A model generated the notes under the pieces. That model was not told where the DNA came from and made no database searches. It saw nothing but the letters and a program-made list of their open reading frames with translations. Positions 51,949 to 62,244 of a stretch of 64,000 nt of DNA are shown piece by piece (the first letter of the stretch is position 1; each line of letters begins with the position of its first letter). The stretch comes from Steroidobacteraceae bacterium (lineage in GTDB: Bacteria; Pseudomonadota; Gammaproteobacteria; Steroidobacterales; Steroidobacteraceae): contig JAXMGR010000021.1 in the NCBI GenBank assembly GCA_046352935.1, forward strand, positions 6,089 to 70,088, read 5' to 3'. A program made the position numbers and the translations under genes.

Positions 51949-52925
51949 CACATCACTCCGTTCCGCAGCAGATCGTGCACGTTCAGCGCACCGACGAGGC
52001 GGCGGTCGGAGTCGACGACGAGCAGCGCCGTGATGCGATGGTGCTCCATGAGACGCACCGCCTCGGCCGCGAGTTCCTGGGCGCCGATCGTGCGCGCACC
52101 GCGCGTCATGACCTCGCCGATCGCGGTGGTGCGCACGTCGACGCCGCGGTCGAACAGGCGGCGCAGGTCGCCGTCGGTGAAGATGCCCGCGACCTGCCCA
52201 TCCGTTTCGACCACGGCCGTCATGCCGAGTCCCTTCCGCGACATCTCGACGAGACTCGCCGTGAGCGGCGTGTCCGGCGCGACACGCGGGATCGCCTCGC
52301 CGGAACGCATGACGTCCACGACGCGCAGCCACAGTCGCCGGCCCAGCGTGCCACCCGGGTGCGACCGTGCGAACTTCTCCTCGGTGAAGCCGCGCACGCG
52401 CAGCAGCGCGACGGCCAGCGCATCGCCCATTGCGAGCGCCGCGGTCGTGCTGGCGGTAGGGGTCAGGTTCAGCGGACAGGCCTCGGCCGGCACGTGGATG
52501 TCGAGGACGGCCGCGGCCTCGCGCGCCAGCGTCGAGTCCGGCGCCCCCGTCATGGCGACGAGCGGCACGCCCATGCGTCTGATGAGCGGCAACAGTGTGA
52601 GGATCTCGCCCGTCTCGCCCGAGTTGGATATCGCGAGCACCGCGTCGGCCGGGGTGATCATGCCGAGGTCGCCATGGCTGGCCTCGGCCGGGTGCAGGAA
52701 GAAAGCCGGCGTGCCGGTGCTCGCGAGTGTCGCGGCGATCTTGCGGGCGACGTGCCCGGACTTGCCGATCCCGGTGACGACGATCCGGCCGCGGCATTCG
52801 CAGCAGATCCGGCAGGCCTCGACGAACGAACCGTCCAGGCGCTCGACGAGCGCGGCGACGGCGTCGGCCTCGATGCGGAGCGCGCGCCGGGCCGTGTCGA
52901 TGATGCGCTGTGGGTCGAAGTCCAT
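51948..52925 (-). CDS. kdsD: arabinose-5-phosphate isomerase
   Basis: SIS domain (VVTGIGKSGHVARKIAATLASTG) followed by tandem CBS domains. 325 aa counted within track ORF 51948..53234. Confidence 0.92.
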   Translation of the reverse strand: MDFDPQRIIDTARRALRIEADAVAALVERLDGSFVEACRICCECRGRIVVTGIGKSGHVARKIAATLASTGTPAFFLHPAEASHGDLGMITPADAVLAISNSGETGEILTLLPLIRRMGVPLVAMTGAPDSTLAREAAAVLDIHVPAEACPLNLTPTASTTAALAMGDALAVALLRVRGFTEEKFARSHPGGTLGRRLWLRVVDVMRSGEAIPRVAPDTPLTASLVEMSRKGLGMTAVVETDGQVAGIFTDGDLRRLFDRGVDVRTTAIGEVMTRGARTIGAQELAAEAVRLMEHHRITALLVVDSDRRLVGALNVHDLLRNGVM

Positions 52926-53106
52926 TCGGGCCGGATGCGGGCAGGGCCGCCGGTTCGGTGATCGCCGCGGAGGTGACGCGATGATACACGGCACGCACCC
53001 GCCGGGCCCCGGTGGATCACTGCGTGGGTGAACGGACCACGGTGCCGTGGCCCCGCCGCGGCCGCTTGCCGTAAGATCCGCAGCGTCCCCGCTTCGTGAG
53101 ACCGAC

Positions 53107-54622
<1,516 letters not shown>

Positions 54623-54667
54623 ATGGCCGGTGTCGGTCGCACCCCGGGCCGGGATGCGTCCGCCCGC

Positions 54668-55927
54668 TCAGCCGCCGGGGTTGCCGCTGCGCTGCGGCCG
54701 CTCGATGACGGGCACCTTGACGGTCATCGCCTGGGGGGAGTCGTAGGACGGCAGTCCCCGCAGCCAGGTGATGCGCGCCTTCTGGCCGGGCTTCAGCAAC
54801 GCGATGCGGGCCATCAGGTCCTGCGCGTCACGCACCTTCTCCCCGTTGACCTCGGTGACGACGTCGAGGGGCTGCATGCCGGCAGCCACGGCCGGGCTGC
54901 CGACGGCGAAATCGGTGACGATCGCGCCGCCGGGCGGGTAGCCGAACTGCACGGCCTGGTCCGCCGGCATGTCCTGCGGCAGCACGCCGATCCAGCCCCG
55001 CACGACGTGGCCGCTCCTCAGGATCTCGTCGACCACGCCGCGCACGAGGTCGATCGGGATCGCGAAGCCGATGCCTTCGATACCGGCGCTGCGCGACAGC
55101 ACCAGCGTGTTGATCCCCACGAGCTCGCCACGTGCATTCACCAGCGCGCCACCCGAATTGCCGGAGTTGATGGCCGCGTCCGTCTGGATGTAGCTCTCGA
55201 AGGTGGTGACGCCGAGCCGACTGCGCCCCTTGGCGCTCACGATGCCCGAGGTGACGGTCTGTCCGAGGCCGAGCGGATTGCCGATGGCGAGCACCGGCTC
55301 GCCCACGCGCAGCCGGTCCGAGCGCCCCAGGCTGATGACCGGCGGCTTCTCGAGCGCGACGTCCAGCACGGCGAGGTCGGTGTCCGGGTCGGTGCCGACG
55401 ATGCGCGCTGGCGCGATGCGCCCGTCCTGGAGCTGGACCTGGATCTGTGTTGCGCCGGCGACCACGTGGTTGTTGGTGACCACGTGACCCGCGGCGTCGT
55501 AGATCACCCCCGAACCCAGGCTTCGGTCCACGCGGTTCCGGTACGCCGGCCAGGTGTCGCCGAACAGCGATTCCCAGCCGGGCGGCAGCTGGCGTACACG
55601 CACGACCCGTTCGGTGAAGATGTTCACGACCGCCGGCGCGCTGGCCGCGACGGCATCCGCGTAGGAAGGCAGGGGCGCCGCGGAGGCGGGCGGCGTTCCT
55701 GTTGCCGCCGGCGCTGCAGCGGGGCCGCGGAGATCATCCGCCGCCGTTGCCGCGTCTGCGGCGTGTTGCGGAAGGGCCGGTACGGACGTCGCGGCCGGAG
55801 TCGCTGGCGCGGTCGCCGGGCCCCCTGTCCCGAGCCACGGGCGGGCGGCCGTGTAGGCGATGCCGGCGGCGAGTCCCACCGCGACCCACGGGCCCAGCCA
55901 CTTCAATGTCGAGACCACACGCTGCAT
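54668..55927 (-). CDS. membrane-anchored S1C (DegS/AlgW-type) serine endoprotease with one PDZ domain
   Basis: N-terminal TM, an Ala/Pro-rich linker, the catalytic triad context (TNNHVV; DLAVL; GNSGGAL), and a single PDZ. Confidence 0.85.
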   Translation of the reverse strand: MQRVVSTLKWLGPWVAVGLAAGIAYTAARPWLGTGGPATAPATPAATSVPALPQHAADAATAADDLRGPAAAPAATGTPPASAAPLPSYADAVAASAPAVVNIFTERVVRVRQLPPGWESLFGDTWPAYRNRVDRSLGSGVIYDAAGHVVTNNHVVAGATQIQVQLQDGRIAPARIVGTDPDTDLAVLDVALEKPPVISLGRSDRLRVGEPVLAIGNPLGLGQTVTSGIVSAKGRSRLGVTTFESYIQTDAAINSGNSGGALVNARGELVGINTLVLSRSAGIEGIGFAIPIDLVRGVVDEILRSGHVVRGWIGVLPQDMPADQAVQFGYPPGGAIVTDFAVGSPAVAAGMQPLDVVTEVNGEKVRDAQDLMARIALLKPGQKARITWLRGLPSYDSPQAMTVKVPVIERPQRSGNPGG

Positions 55928-55990
55928 GAGCGACTCCGGGGGCTCGCCGTTCGCCGGTGCGCTCCGGCGCGCGCGGGCAAAGGCATCCCA

Positions 55991-55998
55991 TGTATAAT
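55991..55998 (+). promoter_or_regulatory. candidate extended -10 promoter element for petABC
   Basis: TGTATAAT (TGn + TATAAT) lies about 100 nt upstream of the petA start, in an otherwise GC-rich spacer. Confidence 0.4.
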
Positions 55999-56095
55999 GC
56001 CGCCTCCATAAGAGCGACGAAACAAGCCGGCGTTCCGTCCCCCGGGGCGGATGCGTCAGGGGATGTTGTGGGCTGATGTGTCCAGGGGTGACCGG

Positions 56096-56701
56096 ATGAG
56101 CGAACAGGTGGATCAGGGCAGGCGTTCGCTGCTGACTGCGGCGACGGCTGTGACCGGCGCGATCGGTGTGGCGTTTGCCGCGGCACCGTTCCTGGCCTCG
56201 TGGAAGCCGAGCGCGCGGGCCCGCGCACTCGGTGCGCCCGTGTCGGTCGATGTGAGCAAGCTCGAAGTGGGTGCGATGCTCAAGGTCGAATGGCGCGGCC
56301 AGCCGATCTACGTCGTGCGCCGCACGGCGGCGATGGTCGCGGGGCTCGAGAAGGCCAATGACCTGCTCGCCGATCCGGAATCGGAGATCTCCGAGCAGCC
56401 GGAGTATGCGCGCAACGCCGTGCGGGCCAGCAAGCCCGAGTTCCTGGTGGTGAAGGCGGTGTGCACGCATCTCGGTTGTGCCCCGCAGGCCGCGTTCGAG
56501 GTGGGTACTGCGGACCTGTCGGCACGCGTCGGGCGGGAGTGGCCGGGCGGCTTCTTCTGCGCCTGTCACGGCTCGATGTTCGATCTGGCGGGGCGCGTGC
56601 TGAAGAACGTGCCCGCGCCGAAGAATCTCATCGTGCCGCCCTATTCCTGGACGGATGACAGTCACATCCTCGTGGGCGAGGATCCGGCGGGAGTCGCGTG
56701 A
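56096..56701 (+). CDS. petA: ubiquinol-cytochrome c reductase, Rieske iron-sulfur subunit
   Basis: Tat-like RRSLL, then the Rieske boxes CTHLGC and CACHGS. Confidence 0.93.
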   Translation: MSEQVDQGRRSLLTAATAVTGAIGVAFAAAPFLASWKPSARARALGAPVSVDVSKLEVGAMLKVEWRGQPIYVVRRTAAMVAGLEKANDLLADPESEISEQPEYARNAVRASKPEFLVVKAVCTHLGCAPQAAFEVGTADLSARVGREWPGGFFCACHGSMFDLAGRVLKNVPAPKNLIVPPYSWTDDSHILVGEDPAGVA

Positions 56702-57978
56702 TGGCCAACGAAACGCCCAAAGCCAGTGCCGCCGGCGGCGGTTGCCTGCAGTCGTTCGGTCAGTGGATCGACGACCGTTTCCCGATGTCGAAGATGTGGC
56801 GTGAGCACCTGAGCGAGTACTACGCGCCCAAAAACTTCAACACCTGGTACTACTTCGGCTCGCTGGCGCTGCTCGTGCTGGTGCTGCAGATCGTCACGGG
56901 CATCTTCCTGACGATGAACTACAAGCCGAGCGCCGCCGAGGCCTTCGGCTCCGTCGAATACATCATGCGCGACGTCGAGTGGGGTTGGCTGATCCGCTAC
57001 CTGCACTCGACCGGCGCCTCGGCGTTCTTCGTCGCCGTCTATCTGCACATGTTCCGCGCGCTGCTGTACGGCTCGTACCGCAAGCCGCGCGAACTGCTGT
57101 GGATCTTCGGCATGTTCATCTACCTGGCCCTGATGGCCGAAGGTTTCTTCGGCTACCTGCTGCCCTGGGGCAACATGTCCTACTGGGGCGCGCAGGTGAT
57201 CGTGTCGCTGTTCGGTACGTTCCCGGTGATCGGTGGCGCGCTGGTGGAGTGGATACGCGGCGACTACTTCATCTCCGACATCACGCTGAACCGCTTCTTC
57301 GCGCTGCACGTCATCGCGCTGCCGCTGGTGCTCGTGTTCCTCGTCGTCGCGCACATCCTCGCGCTGCACGAGGTCGGCTCGAACAACCCCGACGGCATCG
57401 AGATCAAGAAGAACAAGGGTCCGGACGGCAAGCCGCTGGACGGCATCCCCTTCCACCCGTACTACACGGTGAAGGACATCATGGGGGTGGCGTTCTTCCT
57501 GATCGTGTTCTGCGCCATCGTGTTCTTCGCGCCGGCCTTCGGCGGTCTGTTCCTGGAGGCGCCGAATTTCGAGCCGGCGAATCCGATGCAGACGCCGCTG
57601 CACATCGCGCCGGTGTGGTACTACACGCCGTTCTACGCGATGCTGCGTGCGGTTCCGGCCTTCGCCGGCACGCAGGTCTGGGGCGTGATCGTCATGTTCG
57701 CGGCGATCGCCGTGCTGTTCTTCCTGCCGTGGCTGGACCGCTCGCCGGTCAAGTCGATCCGCTATCGCGGGCCGCTCTACAAGATCGCGCTGACGCTGTT
57801 CGCGGTCTCGTTCGTCGTGCTGGCCTACTGCGGCCTGCAGCCGGTCTCGGCGTTGCTGTCGTGGGTCTCGCGGGCGGGTACCCTCGTGTACTTCCTGTTC
57901 TTCGCGCTGATGCCGTGGTACTCGCGCGTCGACAAGACCAGGCCGGAGCCGCAGAGGGTCACCTACCATGCGCACTAA
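56698..57978 (+). CDS. petB: cytochrome b
   Basis: WRYLHSTGASAFF-type motif (IRYLHSTGASAFFVAVYLHMFR) and the PEWY equivalent (APVWYYTPFYAMLR). ATGA overlap with petA. Confidence 0.96.
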   Translation: MMANETPKASAAGGGCLQSFGQWIDDRFPMSKMWREHLSEYYAPKNFNTWYYFGSLALLVLVLQIVTGIFLTMNYKPSAAEAFGSVEYIMRDVEWGWLIRYLHSTGASAFFVAVYLHMFRALLYGSYRKPRELLWIFGMFIYLALMAEGFFGYLLPWGNMSYWGAQVIVSLFGTFPVIGGALVEWIRGDYFISDITLNRFFALHVIALPLVLVFLVVAHILALHEVGSNNPDGIEIKKNKGPDGKPLDGIPFHPYYTVKDIMGVAFFLIVFCAIVFFAPAFGGLFLEAPNFEPANPMQTPLHIAPVWYYTPFYAMLRAVPAFAGTQVWGVIVMFAAIAVLFFLPWLDRSPVKSIRYRGPLYKIALTLFAVSFVVLAYCGLQPVSALLSWVSRAGTLVYFLFFALMPWYSRVDKTRPEPQRVTYHAH

Positions 57979-58702
57979 GTCGTTTCTCGCGGCATTGCTG
58001 CTGCTCCCGGTCGCGGCTCTCGCGTCCTCGGAAGGCGCGTACGAGCACGCCGGCACCGACATCCACAACCAGGCGTCGCTGCAGCGTGGCGCGCGGAATT
58101 TCGTGAACTACTGCCTCGGCTGCCATTCTGCACAGTACGTGCGCTGGAACCGTGTCGGCGCCGATCTCGGGCTCAACGAGAAGGACCTGGTCGCGAACCT
58201 CGTTCCGGAGGGTGCGTCGCCGCTGTCCATGGTGATCTCGCCGATGCCGAAGGCGCAGGCGGCCGAGTGGTTCGGCAACGCGCCGCCCGACCTGTCGCTG
58301 ATCGCGCGCAGCCGTGGCACGGATCGCGTGTACACGTTCCTCAAGAGCTTCTACGCGGATCCGGCGCGGCCGCACGGCGTGAACAACACCGTGCTGCCGG
58401 GCACCGTCATGCCGCACGTGCTCGCAGGCCTGCAGGGCGTGCAGCAGCCGAAGTACGAGGACGTCACGAAGGACGGTCACACCGCGAAGCACCTGGTCGG
58501 TTTCGAGCCCGGCACGCCCGGGGAACTCACGGCCGAGCAGTACGACGAGTTCGTGCGCGACACCGTGAACTTCCTCGACTACATCGGCGAGCCCTCGAAG
58601 GCCACGCGCGAGAACCTCGGCGTGTGGGTCCTCCTGTTCCTGCTGCTGTTCTTCGGGCTGTCCTACCTGCTCAAGAAGGAATACTGGAAGGACGTCCACT
58701 GA
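57968..58702 (+). CDS. petC: cytochrome c1
   Basis: Signal peptide, haem motif CLGCHS, and a C-terminal TM anchor (VWVLLFLLLFFGLSYLL). Confidence 0.92.
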   Translation: MRTKSFLAALLLLPVAALASSEGAYEHAGTDIHNQASLQRGARNFVNYCLGCHSAQYVRWNRVGADLGLNEKDLVANLVPEGASPLSMVISPMPKAQAAEWFGNAPPDLSLIARSRGTDRVYTFLKSFYADPARPHGVNNTVLPGTVMPHVLAGLQGVQQPKYEDVTKDGHTAKHLVGFEPGTPGELTAEQYDEFVRDTVNFLDYIGEPSKATRENLGVWVLLFLLLFFGLSYLLKKEYWKDVH

Positions 58703-58778
58703 GTCCTTCGCGGTCATTCGTCATGGCGGGAGCGGCAGGAATGTGCTGCGGGTTCCGGGGCGGGGAGCGCGTCGCGTC

Positions 58779-59195
58779 GTGACCGGGGATTCCCGTCCCA
58801 CTTCGCGGCGTCCCTATCTCGTGCGCGCCATGCACGAGTGGATGACGGACAACGGCCAGACGCCGCACATCGTCGTCGATGCGACGCTCGCAGGCGTCGA
58901 GGTCCCGGCCGGCTCCGTCAAGGACGGCCGTATCGTGCTGAACGTGAGCTGGCAGGCCACGCAGGGCCTCCGGCTCGGCAATGACCTGATCGAGTTCTCC
59001 GCGCGCTTCGGCGGTGTGCCGCACGCGGTGCGCCTGCCCGTCGCCGCGGTGCTCGGCATCTACGCGCGCGAGACCGGGCAGGGGCTCGTGTTCCAGGACG
59101 AATCGGATACCGAGCCGAGCCCGCCCGCGGGCCCGACGCCGACGTCGACCGCGACCGACGAAGGGCGCAGGCCGAAGCTGAGAGTGGTCAAGTAG
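58779..59195 (+). CDS. sspB: ClpXP adaptor / stringent starvation protein B
   Basis: RRPYLVRAMHEWMTDNGQTPHIVVDA...VLNVS...F...RF, then an acidic/Pro-rich linker and a C-terminal ClpX-binding tail (RPKLRVVK). The start is uncertain: GTG 58779, or upstream at 58743. Confidence 0.8.
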   Translation: MTGDSRPTSRRPYLVRAMHEWMTDNGQTPHIVVDATLAGVEVPAGSVKDGRIVLNVSWQATQGLRLGNDLIEFSARFGGVPHAVRLPVAAVLGIYARETGQGLVFQDESDTEPSPPAGPTPTSTATDEGRRPKLRVVK

Positions 59196-59241
59196 CGCAT
59201 CCGGGGCCGCATCCGCAGACCCGGTCGAAATGGAGGGGGAC

Positions 59242-59622
59242 ATGTCGATTTTCACGCACGTCGTCGTCGGGACCAACGATCTGGATCGCGCGCGCCGGTT
59301 CTACGACGCAGCGCTGGGTGCACTCGGACTGAAGCGCGAGGGCGACTACGACAAGGCCTCGGTGTGGGGCACGCCCACGTCGCATTTCATCGTCACGCGG
59401 CCGTTCAACGGCCTGCCGGCCTCGTGGGCCAACGGCGGCACCATCGGTCTGGTGGCGCCGAACCGCGCGGCCGTCGACGAGTTCCACAGGCAGGCGCTCG
59501 CCAACGGCGGTTATGACGAAGGCGCGCCCGGCCCGCGCACCTACATCCCGAATCTCTACGCGGCCTACGTGCGCGACCCGGACGGCAACAAGATCGTCGC
59601 GTCCTGCATCAAGCCGGAGTGA
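59242..59622 (+). CDS. VOC (glyoxalase/bleomycin-resistance/dioxygenase) family protein
   Basis: MSIFTHVVVGTNDLDRARRFYDAALGALGL...AYVRDPDGNKI is the typical VOC beta-alpha-beta-beta-beta module. Confidence 0.8.
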   Translation: MSIFTHVVVGTNDLDRARRFYDAALGALGLKREGDYDKASVWGTPTSHFIVTRPFNGLPASWANGGTIGLVAPNRAAVDEFHRQALANGGYDEGAPGPRTYIPNLYAAYVRDPDGNKIVASCIKPE

Positions 59623-59628
59623 CGGGCG

Positions 59629-62244
59629 TCAGCCGACACGGCTCACGCGCAGCTTCGGGCTGTTCTCCATCGCACCGTCCATGACGTCGAGATTCTTCAT
59701 CTCGTAGTCGAGCAGCGCGCCGAAGTGCACGCCCGTGTCGCCGCCACGGCGCGGCGGCAGGCTCTTCGCCCAGTTGCCGCCGGCGTGGTCCATGCCCACG
59801 CATTCCGGGTGGATGCATTCGCTCAGCGCCGCGATGCCCTCGACGGAGCCACCGCCCGTGCTCTCGACGCGTATGCGATCGCCGTCGCCGATGCCCTTCG
59901 AGCGCGCGTAGCCCCGGTTCAGGATGATCCGGCCGGCCGTCGGGTGATTGCGGCTGAGCTCGCCGAGCCACGCGTTGAAGTTCGAGAACGTGCCGGTCTT
60001 GAACGGCTGCTTGAAGCTGACGCCGTAGAGATCGAAGCCCGCGGTGCGGTCGCTGTGATTGGGACCGGGATACCAGGCCGGCAGCGGGTGGTAGCGTGAG
60101 AGGTCCCAGCTGATGCCCATCGAGCGCACCACTTCCGCGAGCTGGCGCCCCGCCTCGATGAAGTACTCGTAGTAGATCGGAATGCGCGCGGTGTAGAACA
60201 TGCGCGGATAGCGTTCCTGCACTGATTTCTTCCAGTGCAGGCGTCCTTCCTTCGCGACGTCCTCGAGGGACTTCGTGCCGGCCGTCATCGAACGGATCCA
60301 GCGGTCGGTCAGCTCGCGGTGTGTGTACTTCCGGTCCGGCTCGAGCCGGCACCGGTCGTCGAGCTGCATGCGGTTCGACATCTCGCGGTTGAGATCGGGC
60401 AGGAAGCCCGCCTCGCGGGCGAGGTCGATCCAGATGTCGACGTGGTGGCGATTGCCGAGATCGACGACGGGCTGGCGCAGGTTGATGCAGTACTCGGCCG
60501 TGACCGTCGAGCCCATGGTGTCGAAGATGTTGTTGGCGCCCATGTCCAGCCGCTCGAGCTGGGTCTGCGTCGGGAACACGATGTCGGCGAATTCCGCCGT
60601 CTCGTCCACGCAGGGCACGATCGAGATCTGGAAGCCGAACTTCCTCAGGTACTCGGCCTGGGTCTTCGGGTTGCCCTCGTTCAGCAGGTCGTTGCCGGAG
60701 AGCACCTGCACGAACACCATGGGGTTGTGCGGGATCCGGTTGTTGAAGCGGTCCGGCTTGATGACATTGAGCTTGGCGACGACGGGGCTCATGTACATGC
60801 CGACGGGTGCCAGCGAATCGGCCGAGTGGCTGATGGGTGGCGTGACCGGCTTGAGCGGGTAGTTCGACTGGAAGGCGCCGCCGTAGGTGGCGAACTCGCC
60901 CGGTACGAGGATGCCCTCGAAGTCGCGGAGCCCCGAGTTGCGCCCCATCCAGGTGCTGGTCCCCGAGAACTCCGGGTGATGCGCGTAGACGGTGTCGGAC
61001 AGCAGTCCGCCGGGCACGTCGATCGCGCCGACGATCGTGTTCAGCATCGCGATCGCAAGGCCCTGCTCGAAGCCCTGCGCGTGCTGGCTGATGCCCTTGT
61101 ACCAGTGCGCGCAGGCGGGCCTGAGCGGCAGCGTGTGGCCGTCGATGTCGATGGTCGCGCCGATCGAGGCGGCCGTGCCGAACTCGCGAGCGAGCCGGCG
61201 GATGGTCCCGGCCGGGATGGTCGTGATCTCCTGGGCGCGCTCGGGCGAGTAGTCGGCGAGATGCTGCTTCAGTTTCGCGAACGCGGGCTGACAGGGCTCG
61301 CCGTTCACCTCGAAGCGGCCGTCCATGGCGGCCGTGCGCAGCGCGGCATCGTCATAGGTCTTCGCGCAGTGGTCGTCTGCGTCCCACAGCAGCGGCTTGT
61401 TCGTGGCGGGATCGCGCACGTAGCGGCCGTCACTGTCGCGCACGAGATAGGGGCCGTTGCTGAGCTTCCTCAGGAACTCCAGGTCGTAGAGCCCGAGCTC
61501 GTTGATCATCACGTTCATCATCGCGAGCACGAGTGCGCCGTCGGTGCCGGGCCGGATCGGCACCCACTCGTCGGCGATGGCTGCGGCGTTCGAACAGCGC
61601 GGATCGACCACCACGAGCTTCTGGCCGCGCTTGCGGGCGGCCGACATCTCGACCGTCGAGGTCAGTGCGGCCCAGTTGCCCATCGCGCCCTTGGTCGAGC
61701 CGAACAGCATCACGTAGTTGGTGTAGTGGAAGTCCGGCGCGGCGTGGAACGCACCCTGCACCTGCTGCAGCACCGGATGCACGTTGTTGCCGCAGAAGGC
61801 GAGGCCGCCCGTGCAGAAGTTCGGCGTGCCGAAGGACGCGAGCGCGGAGCCCAGGAACCAGGGGAAGGTCGTGAAATCGGCGCAGGAATAGGCAAGCCCG
61901 GTCGGATCGGTCTCGCGGCATTCCCTGAGTTTCGCACCGGCGATGCGGATGGCCTCTTCGTACTCGATCTCGACCCACTTCGGATCGACGCCGATGCCCT
62001 TCTCGGGATTCGTGCGCTTCAAGGGCTTCGCGAAGCGCTTCGGGCTGTACGCCATCATGATCTGCGCATGCGCCTTGGCGCAGAGCCGGCCCTGGCTGAA
62101 CGGGCACTCGGGATCGCCGCGCAGTTCGACGACCACGCCATCGACGCGGCGCGCGTACATGGCGCAGGTGCCGGCGGGGCAGCCGTAGCAGACCGTCTTC
62201 AGCAGCACGTCCTCGTGGCGCTGGTTCGCGGCGGGTGTCTTCAT
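59629..62244 (-). CDS. cytoplasmic molybdopterin (Mo/W-bisPGD, DMSO-reductase family) oxidoreductase, paralogue B
   Basis: 871 aa from MKTPAANQRHEDVLLKTVCYGCPAGTCAMY...GRLCAKA. This is an N-terminal 4-Cys [4Fe-4S] motif, with no twin-arginine signal. Pterin-binding blocks are VMLFGSTKG and VVVDPRCSNAAAIADEWVPIRPGTDGAL. The C-terminal barrel has GIGDGDRIRVES. The ATG overlaps the stop of paralogue A (ATGA at 62241-62244). Confidence 0.85.
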   Translation of the reverse strand: MKTPAANQRHEDVLLKTVCYGCPAGTCAMYARRVDGVVVELRGDPECPFSQGRLCAKAHAQIMMAYSPKRFAKPLKRTNPEKGIGVDPKWVEIEYEEAIRIAGAKLRECRETDPTGLAYSCADFTTFPWFLGSALASFGTPNFCTGGLAFCGNNVHPVLQQVQGAFHAAPDFHYTNYVMLFGSTKGAMGNWAALTSTVEMSAARKRGQKLVVVDPRCSNAAAIADEWVPIRPGTDGALVLAMMNVMINELGLYDLEFLRKLSNGPYLVRDSDGRYVRDPATNKPLLWDADDHCAKTYDDAALRTAAMDGRFEVNGEPCQPAFAKLKQHLADYSPERAQEITTIPAGTIRRLAREFGTAASIGATIDIDGHTLPLRPACAHWYKGISQHAQGFEQGLAIAMLNTIVGAIDVPGGLLSDTVYAHHPEFSGTSTWMGRNSGLRDFEGILVPGEFATYGGAFQSNYPLKPVTPPISHSADSLAPVGMYMSPVVAKLNVIKPDRFNNRIPHNPMVFVQVLSGNDLLNEGNPKTQAEYLRKFGFQISIVPCVDETAEFADIVFPTQTQLERLDMGANNIFDTMGSTVTAEYCINLRQPVVDLGNRHHVDIWIDLAREAGFLPDLNREMSNRMQLDDRCRLEPDRKYTHRELTDRWIRSMTAGTKSLEDVAKEGRLHWKKSVQERYPRMFYTARIPIYYEYFIEAGRQLAEVVRSMGISWDLSRYHPLPAWYPGPNHSDRTAGFDLYGVSFKQPFKTGTFSNFNAWLGELSRNHPTAGRIILNRGYARSKGIGDGDRIRVESTGGGSVEGIAALSECIHPECVGMDHAGGNWAKSLPPRRGGDTGVHFGALLDYEMKNLDVMDGAMENSPKLRVSRVG

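Noticed and set aside
51448-52998. 516-aa ORF spanning the kdsC and kdsD regions in one frame
   Set aside because: Only the C-terminal 166 aa (MAEGSPGTPRIDLLVLDVDG...) are KdsC. The remainder is an out-of-frame read through kdsD, which is clearly encoded in another frame (51948..52925).
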